From the NCBI GenBank assembly GCA_002269645.1, contig NIVC01000236.1, positions 1 to 64,000 of the forward strand: a stretch of 64,000 bases of DNA. Reading direction: 5' to 3'. Below the pieces are notes generated by a model. It was not told the DNA's origin. It did no database searches and saw nothing but the letters and a program-made list of their open reading frames with translations. Made by a program: the position numbers and the translations under genes. This DNA comes from Macrostomum lignano. Taxonomy: Eukaryota. Numbering within the stretch: the first letter of the stretch is position 1; each line of letters opens with the position of its first letter. Below are positions 55,369 to 64,000 of the stretch, in pieces.

Positions 55369-58291
55369 TCAGCTGTGCGATGGCGACACCGCTTTGGTCA
55401 GGGCGTGGGGCGGCGGCTGCAGCTGGTCGGAGGCGGTTGGCGTTGCAGCCGAGCCGCTTGTCGGAATCGGCGACGCCGGTAACGGGACAGCTGAGGATGT
55501 CGACAAGCTGGCAGAAGCCGCGGCCATCGTCAAGGCGACCGAGGTCGACGAAGGCTGCGAATGCGAAAGCGAAGCTACGGCAGACGGAGGCGCTCCGAAG
55601 CGGTTCATAGCGACGAATCGGCTGTTCTCCAGCCGGGTGATCAGCCGCTCGTCCTCCTGGCAGGCCTGGCCGCCCATCAGGCCGGGCTCACCGACCACCA
55701 TCACTTCGCCAGGTTGCGCCGGGTCCATCGGCTGCGGCATCGACGGGCGCGCCTGGCCCGAAGCCGCCGCCGCTGCGGCTCCCGCATTCCGTTTCCGGCC
55801 GCCGCCTCCGCGACCGCCGCCGCCAGTCGGCTTGGCCTCCCCGCCGGTGGCCGAGTTGTTCTCGGCCGTGTTTTTCGTCCGCTTGCGCGACCTTGGCACT
55901 TTGGCGCCGCCTCGCGCTTTGCCACCGGTCGCGGGCGCTGCTGCGACTGCAACGCCGCCCGGCGCGACGGCTGGGACAGCGGCGGGGCCGCCGTGGAGCC
56001 CGGCGACAACGAATCCGCTGCTGACATCGCCCCCGGGGCCGCCGGGCATTCGCTGCCAGCGCTGCTGCAGCATCTGGAAAGGGTCGAGTTGAATTAATAG
56101 AGCTTATTCACAATAGGAATGGGAGCTTATTCACAGCAGGAACGGGAGCTAATTCAGAGCAGGAACGGGAGCTTATTCACAGCAGGAATGGGAGCTTATT
56201 CACAACAGGAATGGGAGCTTATTCACAACAGGAATGGGAGCTTATTCACAGAAATGAGAGCTTATTCACAGGAATGGGAGCTTATTCACAGGAATGGGAG
56301 CTTATTCACAGGAATGGGAGCTTATTCACAGGAATGGGAGCTTATTCACAGAAATGAGAGCTTATTCACATGAATGGGAGCTTATTCACAGGAATGGGAG
56401 CTTATTCACATGAATGGGAGCTTATTCACAGGAATGGGAGCTTATTCACAGGAATGGGAGCTTATTCACAACAGGAATGGGAGCTTATTCACAACAGGAA
56501 TGGGAGCTTATTCACAACAGGAATGGGAGCTTATTCACAGAAATGAGAGCTTATTCACAGAAATGAGAGCTTATTCACAGGAATGAGAACTTGTTCACAA
56601 CGGTGACGAAAGCTGGTTCTTTAAGCATTGGAAGCAGTGAAAAAGTGAGCAGTGAACGCACCTGTTTTAAGCACTCCCTGGGCTCCAAGTCGCTGCACTT
56701 TTGCAGAGCCATCATCGCTTGCATCGGCTCCAGCACGGCACTGGCCTGCAGCATGTGCACCACCTGAGGTGGCAGGCCCGCTTTGCTGACGGGCTTGGCT
56801 GTTGACAAGGGCAGACACGAAGGTCCGTTGCTACCCGACTGATGAGGCAGAGGCTGCTGCTGCGCGTGAGAGCGGGGCAGGAGCTCGTTGTAGCCTCGAA
56901 TATCCATGCGCCATAGGCGAATTCTGGCGCGCTCGTTCCAGGCGAACTCCAGCACCAGCCGGATGTCCGCTAGCACCTGGGGGGGGGGGCAAAAAAAAAC
57001 TGACACATTATTAGTGGCCCCAGTCCAGAGACTGCTCACCTTGCACAGACACAGAGTGGCCCCAGTCCAGAGACTGCTCACCTGCACAGACACAGAGTGG
57101 CCCCAGTCCAGAGACTGCTCACCTTGCACAGACACAGAGTGGCCCCAGTCGAGAGACTGCTCACCTGCACAGACACAGAGTGGCCCCAGTCCAGAGACGG
57201 CTCACCTGCACAGACACAGAGTGGCCCCAGTCCAGAGACTGCTCACCTTGCACAGACACAGAGTGGCCCCAGTCCAGAGACTGCTCACCTTGCACAGACA
57301 CAGAGTGGCCCCAGTCCAGAGAATGCTCACCTTGCACAGACACAGAGTGGCCCCAGTCCAGAGACTGCTCACACAGAATGGCCCCAGTCCAGAGACTGCT
57401 CACACAGAGTGGCCCCAGTCCAGAGACTGCTCACCTTGCACAGCCACAGAGTGGCCCCAGTCCAGACTGCTCACCTTGCACAGACACAGAATGGCCCCAG
57501 TCCAGAGACTGCTCACCTGCACAGACACAGAATGGCCCCAGTCCAGAGACTGCTCACCTTGCACAGACACAGAATGGCCCCAGTCCAGAGACTGCTCACA
57601 CAGAATGGCCCCAGCCCAGAGACTGCTCACACAGAATGGCCCCAGTCCAGAGACTGCTCACACAGAATGGCCCCAGTCCAGAGACTGCTCACACAGAATG
57701 GCCCCAGTCCAGAGACTGCTCACACAGAATGGCCCCAGCCCAGACACTGCTCACCTTGCACAGACACGGCTGGTTCCGCACATAGCTGGTCACCAGCTCT
57801 GCCGCATCGCAGGTGAGCACCAATGTCGGCGGCAGATGCGGCGCCGGTGACTGCATCAGCATCTCATGCGGCGCCCGCAGCCACAGATAAGCCTCCTCGC
57901 AGGCGTCCATCAGCTGATGAAAGAAGCGCGGTATTAAACTCCGGCCGATGCAGTAGGATTTGGGCGGCAGGGCTAATCCGTCCTCCTCCATCAGCGACAC
58001 CTGAAGCTGGGCGTCGTCCTCGAAGAATTCAGCACCGAAAGCGTCCCACCAGAGCATCGGGGTGTCGCGAGGCCGCTGGGTCAGCCTGTTGTTCAAGTCG
58101 TGCACCCGGAGGTCGCCGCTGGTCTGTCCCGGACCCACCGGCCCAGGCGGCGGGCCGGGCACGAAGGTGTGCGGCGGGGGCGGCGGCCGCATCATTGGCG
58201 GATGAAGATGCTGGCCATGGTGCAGCATGGGATGAAGATGCTGGGGCGGCGGTGGCGGCGGCGGCGGCGGCCCGGGCGGCCCAGTCCGCAT
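55369..58291 (-). CDS. LDB1: LIM domain-binding protein (LDB1/LDB2/Chip ortholog), about 518 aa from the first ATG
   Basis: Exons 58291-57755, 56976-56662 and 56073-55369 (both introns phase 0). Dimerization domain DLRVHDLNNRL...WWDAFGAEFFEDDA...YCIGRSLIPRFF, VLEPMQ...ECLKQMLQQRWQRM, basic NLS-like KRTK stretch, and LIM-interaction domain EVMVVGEPGLMGG...EDERLITRLENSRF. The frame is open upstream to an acceptor at 58397, so the N-terminus may be longer. Confidence 0.92.
56105..56600. repeat. About 20-bp minisatellite (GGAATGGGAGCTTATTCACA) in LDB intron 2
   Basis: Tandem copies. Confidence 0.9.
57012..57768. repeat. Minisatellite in LDB intron 1 whose unit contains the exon end plus the 5' splice site
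   Basis: Gene-strand unit ...TGTCTGTGCAAG|GTGAGCAGTCTCTGGACTGGGGCCA...; 12 extra AG|GTGAGC copies counted. Confidence 0.95.
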
Positions 58292-58829
58292 GAAATAGAC
58301 AGGATCCAGAATTGTGGCAGGCTGGTAGCCTGTGATTTTGTGCCCGCAGCGCTGCTTGTGAATGACAACAGGGTTGCCGACGCACTGCTGACAGCCGCTG
58401 TGGGGTAAAGCAATGATGCTTTAAAGAAATGCATGATGAATGAATGCAAATAGGTAATATTTGTGATACTAGTATGTTATCATATCCTTTTGCCTTTTAA
58501 CTTTCTTGTACATCTATGAACTAACTGTTTATTTCCTCTTATGCTGTTGCCAATACAAGTTCAGCATATTTCTTTAAAAATTATATTAAAATTTCTTTAC
58601 TTTCTTCTAATTTAGATGAAATTATTGCCTTTCTACTCTGTATAATATTAAGCAAATTATTTGGTATTTTTGCTATTAAATTAAGTTACAAAATCGATGA
58701 ATTTCATTATAATATACAAATGAAACAATAAAAAAGAATATATTAGAATATTTGCTTAACAGAGTAAAAAGATAGACACATGATTTTTATTGTCCATTCA
58801 ACATAGCAATTTTTATAGATGTATTGACT

Positions 58830-59813
58830 GTATCTTGAAGGTAATTGTAGATAGCCTACCAGTAACACTAACTAGGAGAAAGTTGAGGTAGTAGCCAAGC
58901 TGCTTGCTAAGGACTGTTAGATTCAAGTTGCCACAAATTATGCATACTCTAGGCATCTTAGCTAGGTTAATAAATGAGATCCTATGCCAAATCCTAAGGT
59001 AAAACAAGATCAGTGCCTAATACTCGTAGATGCCCTAAATGGTTTTATAAGACCATAAGCAGAACTGACTCAGCTCTTATTGGCTTATGCTTGGACTTCT
59101 ACAATGAGAATCTAGATAGATTTGAGTGACAAATCATAACTAAATATAAGTGCTAGATCTACCACTATGACCTCAAGTCTATTCTATAGAGTGCAAGATT
59201 CTATAGAGTGGCAGTGCCCTTGGATAGAGAAAGGACCTTTGCAAGTTCAAGTAAGCAATGTTGACTAGCTAGATCTTAGACTTTTTTAGGACTATCAAGG
59301 GATCTTGCTTGCTAAATACCTACTTATAAAACACAGGTATATAGGTATAGTATATTCAATAGCTGAGCAGCTAGCTTTTTTAGGCAATTGTCCAAAAAAG
59401 CAAGGGAAACTAAGTGCTAGCTAAGTGCTTTATGACAATGTCCCAGCTCATACTGCCTAGGTTGTAATGAATGTTGCCATCTATGTGGGGTTTGAAATCC
59501 TCTCTTATTTGGCCTATTGACTAGACTAGACCTGGTATTTTCCAACTATTGTCTATTTTATTAAATCAAGCAGTTACTTTATAATTATAAGTACCACTTC
59601 GAATCTAATGAATAGGTCATTCCTCTTAGCAACTAGTGGCTAGAGGACCAACTGACTGAGTTATATACTAGAGTATTTAGGCATCATGTGACCAATAGCA
59701 GAAGTGCTTTAATTGCTAGCCAAAGGGACTATATTGAAAAATAATGCAACATTATTGTAAAATTTATGCACTTTAACTATATGAACAACAAAACTTTTTG
59801 AACCCTATTAATA
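58830..59813 (+). mobile_element. Decayed mariner (Tc1/mariner DD34D) transposon, transposase pseudogene
   Basis: Piecewise translation: EKVEVVAKLLAKDC*I (HTH region), QIITKYKC*IYHYD (ITGDETWIYHYD), F*DYQGILLAKYL (FWDxxGILLIDYL), YDNVPAHTA* (HDNAPAH), AY*LD (PYSPDL), RDYIEK* ending at 59744. A right-TIR-like AAACTTTTTGAACCC follows at about 59790-59805. Confidence 0.8.
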
Positions 59814-60720
59814 TGGCAAAATTAAGTTCTAATCATTAAAAGTTGCATTTGTATATTTAAGTTGTTGTATTTTATAGGTCATATATAGGGGTCAGATAAG
59901 ATCTTAATCTTGATCTCAATTGTGTTAAGATCATGGCAGTTTTTTAAATAGATCCTAATCAAATTGTCAAGTGGCATTTTGTCAACTAGGGAGCTATTAC
60001 CCTTAGGTCACTTTGTCAACTGGCTAATCAGTAGACCTTTAAACGTGGTCACTTTATCAATTGCCAATTGCAATACTTTTAAATGGTAGTCACTTTGTCA
60101 ACTATATATCACATATATACAGTGCAATATTGTATACATATGTTTATAAGTTATATTCGTACTAAGAATTGTTTTATTAAACTTTTTCACATGAATGAAG
60201 CAGATAAAATAGATTAATTAATTTGAAAATACAAAATACTACACTGACATTGATATATAATTTCCATTTCCAAAATATACATGTCTGTTTGAATTTTTTT
60301 AATTATTCAAATTCAAATAAAAAATTTAACAATGATTTACCATAAAGTAAAAAGATATTTTCAAAAGAATGATAAAAAATTTATGAATTTAATCACCGAA
60401 TATTAACATTTAAAAATCACGAAGAAAAACTTTTATACAAAGATTAATTCTCATAGGCCTACAATTTGCTATCAAAGTAATTGTAATTAAAAATAAGGTC
60501 ACTGTCAATTGTAAATGCTGCTACCCCTACCAAATAGTCATTTTGTCAATAACTTGATAAAATGCCAAATGACAAATTATTAGCACCCTTTTAAATCTTA
60601 ATCTCGGTTTTAAGATCTTACAAAAAGTCAAGATTTGTGACTGTGACTATTAATGACCATGATATTATCATATTTATATCATCAAGTTACTAACAAGCTA
60701 AAAATTATGTAATAATTGTT

Positions 60721-60811
60721 GGCATAGTTCTAGTTTTCTGCGTTAAATTATTTCGCCCTCTATTCAAGGGTAGGGGGGTTGGAATATAACGAAGTAAACT
60801 AGAACTATGCC
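60721..60811. mobile_element. 91-bp MITE with 25-bp imperfect TIRs and an 8-bp target-site duplication
   Basis: Left GGCATAGTTCTAGTTTTCTGCGTTA and right TAACGAAGTAAACTAGAACTATGCC (2 mismatches; outer 16 bp perfect), flanked on both sides by TAATTGTT (60713-60720 and 60812-60819). Confidence 0.85.
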
Positions 60812-62029
60812 TAATTGTTTTCCTTTTATTTTATTATTATTATTGTACATGTTTAACAAATAACAATATTAGCATTGGAAAATAAAATAGTGTAAATAGG
60901 CCTACTACTAGATAGGCTTAATCTCAAATCTTGATTGAATCTCAATTGTCTCAAAAGTATAATAGATCTTGAGTCTCAAAAATCTTGAAAATAGGCTATT
61001 ATGTGTTCTTCGATAATTGATACTCTTGATGTCTTAAATAACAAAATACAGCATACAACAACACGACACAACACAAAAGTGAATTCAGCTCATGTTATAC
61101 GTACACCACGACGACGACCACGATAAATAAAATTTCCGCAAATTGCACTTTAAATTACTGTAACAGCTATAACAAAATATAAAAGAGATAACAGTTTAGC
61201 ACAATATATATCCTGTAAGCATCTAAAAAAGGTTTTTCATCAACAAAATATTATGATTCTGTGATAATATTTGCATATATTCAGCGCAGCTTAGTCCTGC
61301 GTGTGCCTCGTGTCGTGGACCACAATCGCCAAACTTCCTCGACTTCTTTTTTGGCTTTTATAATTCAAAAAGGTTCAAGTGACTGTGTCTGTAATCAAAA
61401 AGTGACACTATGTGTCTAATAAGTGCATATGAATAAAATTTTATTTGGTTTTATTAATGATTTTCCTGTTTTTACTAATGTATTTAGGCACTCGCATAGA
61501 ATCCAGTTCTAGTAGATAAAACTTGAAAATTTTAATTTTGATCTTTTTATGTCTATACCTACTACAGCTACAGGCCATGCTTTACATAGTCATAGATCAG
61601 TTGTGCAATATGGAAAAGAGAAAAGGGGTATACTTTAAATATTATTTTAATATAAAAATTGAAACAAGATACCATGATCCATGTTTACCAATAATATCAA
61701 TATATAATTGAGTAGCTTTCTAATGCCAGTAATGGCATTAAGCATGTCATGTGCATGTAGCATGTATACTTTTGAATAGGCCTAAATGTAAGAAGTTATA
61801 CTTTATGAAACTTTTGTTAGTTTTTAAAGTTTTTAGTTACAAAACTATATAATAATATAACAAAATGGCAATTTCAAGTTCAATTTGTTAAAATATTTTG
61901 GCTGTAGAAAAGTACTATACAAATACAAACTTTTTAAAGTATAAATAACTACTTTTAAGAGACTTAATCTTAATCAAGCAGTAATTCTATGCTTTAAAAC
62001 TTGTTATAATAGGTCACTGATCACTTTGG

Positions 62030-62605
62030 CAATAGGTCACTTTGGCAACAGTCACTTCGGTAACAATTCACTTTGGCAACAGTCATTTTGGCAACAGATT
62101 TCGATCACTTCTGCAATAATTAATAATAGCTAACAGCTAAATAGCTAATTTTTAATACATGTATTTTTTGCCAATGAAACTTAATGATTAAAGAAGCAAT
62201 ACAAATTTATATTTATGTATATTTAGGTATTTAGCTAGGTATATTTATTCTCAATTTAATAAATAGAAGGCTTGATTCAGTCACTTCTGGAGGCTTGTGT
62301 ACTTCTGTAATGCTAAGACTGCTTTGTGTGCTACATGTAATATCTTTGCTTTTAATGCTTTTAATGCATGTTTATTTTTCTTTCTTTATTTCTGCAATGG
62401 AGTGACACAGTGTATATGCCCATACATGCCAATATGCCAAATAAATTTATAACATTATAATATCACATTAAAGTGGATAAATCACACTGAATCATAAAGT
62501 TTCATTGGCAAAAAATATGTCAAAGTGATTGCCAAAGTTGTTGCCAAAATGATCCAAATGTGTTGCCAAAATGACTGTTGCCAAAGTGACTTGTCTCCGA
62601 AGTGA
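62030..62605. repeat. Long inverted repeat (foldback/MITE-like) with internal TTTGGCAACAGTCA subrepeats
   Basis: TTTGGCAACAGTCATTTTGGCAACA pairs with TGTTGCCAAAATGACTGTTGCCAAA (about 62571-62595). TATTTTTTGCCAATGAAACT (about 62162-62181) pairs with AGTTTCATTGGCAAAAAATA (about 62498-62517). Confidence 0.7.
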
Positions 62606-62614
62606 TTGTAATTC

Positions 62615-63056
62615 TTATAATATATCTAACACTGGAAAGCTGCAACAGGATAGTCTATGGCCAAAACATTAACAAGTAAACAAGTCTTTACAGAAAAAAA
62701 TAAAAAGTATTATGCTTTATTAAAGCTATATAAAGTATTAAAGCTATATAAAAGCTTTATATGCTATATTAGTAGGAAATCCAATATAAGATATTCCCAA
62801 ATGTTTTTATTGGGTTTAGTTGATGCCATAATTCTTCTAAGTATATTTCAAATAAGGCTTATAAAGTCCTATTCATGTGGCACGCAGCATATAGACTTGC
62901 TAAATTTAGGACTTTACTTTTTGTTATTTGTTATTTGTCAACTTGTTAAAAATCATTTATGTTTCAACTAGACCATAGACCTTTTCCAAGTCAAAAAATG
63001 TTCAAACAATTTGGCCATAGACTATGCAGCTTTCTAGTGTCAGATATATTATAACA
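62615..63056. repeat. Second inverted-repeat element (MITE-like)
   Basis: TTATAATATATCTAACACTGGAAAGCTGCA...TAGTCTATGGCCAAA at the left pairs with TTTGGCCATAGACTATGCAGCTTTCTAGTGTCAGATATATTATAA at about 63010-63055. Confidence 0.7.
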
Positions 63057-64000
63057 AGTTTTGAAACAAAATTAGTGCTTAATCAAGCTAATTCTCTTAA
63101 AAGTATTTATTTGTACTTAAAATAGTTTGTAGATTACTTTTTTATTGAGTCAAAATAATTTAACAAATGAAACTTGACAATTGCTGACAAAATAAGAAGC
63201 ATAAATAGCATAGGTAATAAAAGTAAAGCTTATAGGTTACAAGAAATTTTATAGAAATGAGGATATATATAAACCTTTGGCAAGTCTAAATAATATTAAA
63301 CTGACATATAATCTACATAACAAACTAAGCAAATAGTATGATTTGGCATCATGACTTGAGTTTAGTCAAAACTGTCATATTCACAATATACTCTAATTTT
63401 AAATAGTCATGTGATGATGATGACTTGTCCAATCCAAGTCCAAGTGCTTAGAATTAGTCCAAGGCTTTGCATCTTTTAAGCAGATAATATAAATGCAAAA
63501 TTAAAGTTGAATATCATTTTATTGACAAACAAAAACATGTTTTCGCTATGAGCCAAGATCTTTGTGCAGCTAATAAAATATAATATAACTATTTAGTGAA
63601 TGTAGCAGTGTCCAAATGCTAAGACGATGACAATTTAGATAATTTAATTGTTTATCTAGTAGTTTAAAGCATATGACAACCTTAAATATGACAACTTCAG
63701 CTAAAGCCTATGACTTATCCACCCTTTATCTCTTAGTCAGCCACCCCACTCCACTTGTTATCCAGTGTGCAGCCACCCCACTTCTGCTATATACATTATA
63801 AAATTTATTTAATGTTGGTGAAACTGATTGGTCAAAGTTGTATATATAAGCTTAGTTTATAAATAAGGCCATTGTGAAAACATGTGATATGTCTAATATA
63901 GTAATAGTGACTTAAAACCAAAAGGCATCTATTTATAGTAACTTTTTAGTATAAAAACTAAGACAGCTTATACCTTGAGAGTAAATGTCACCTTAAAGTT

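Noticed and set aside
62657-62971. 104-aa ORF in the AT-rich block
   Set aside because: Low-complexity Lys/Leu/Tyr content inside an inverted-repeat element; no domain recognised.

Overview
Eukaryotic (animal) genomic DNA with GC-rich, GT-AG-spliced genes whose introns are mostly filled with micro/minisatellites. This style suggests a free-living flatworm such as Macrostomum, which is an inference and not a database result. Supported genes: a frameshifted polo-like Ser/Thr kinase pseudogene at the left edge (-); an intronless RWDD3/RSUME-like gene (+); an intronless class A peptide-receptor-like GPCR (+); a 26-coding-exon TRPM2-like channel with a C-terminal NUDT9-homology domain (-, 11925-31207, about 1810 aa, every intron phase reconciled by hand); an EVI1/MECOM/PRDM16/hamlet-like zinc-finger gene with no PR/SET domain found (-); and an LDB/Chip LIM-domain-binding gene (-). 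There is also a tRNA-derived SINE and more than 30 tandem arrays. Near 58450 the sequence switches abruptly to an AT-rich, CpG-poor block with a fossil mariner transposase, a 91-bp MITE with an 8-bp TSD and nested inverted repeats. The most interesting signals are a TRPM2-like chanzyme whose Nudix catalytic glutamates appear replaced by arginines, a run of frame-symmetric cassette-like exons in that channel, minisatellites seeded exactly on splice donors and a stop codon, and the compositional break. Most ORFs in the supplied track are repeat read-throughs or antisense shadows.
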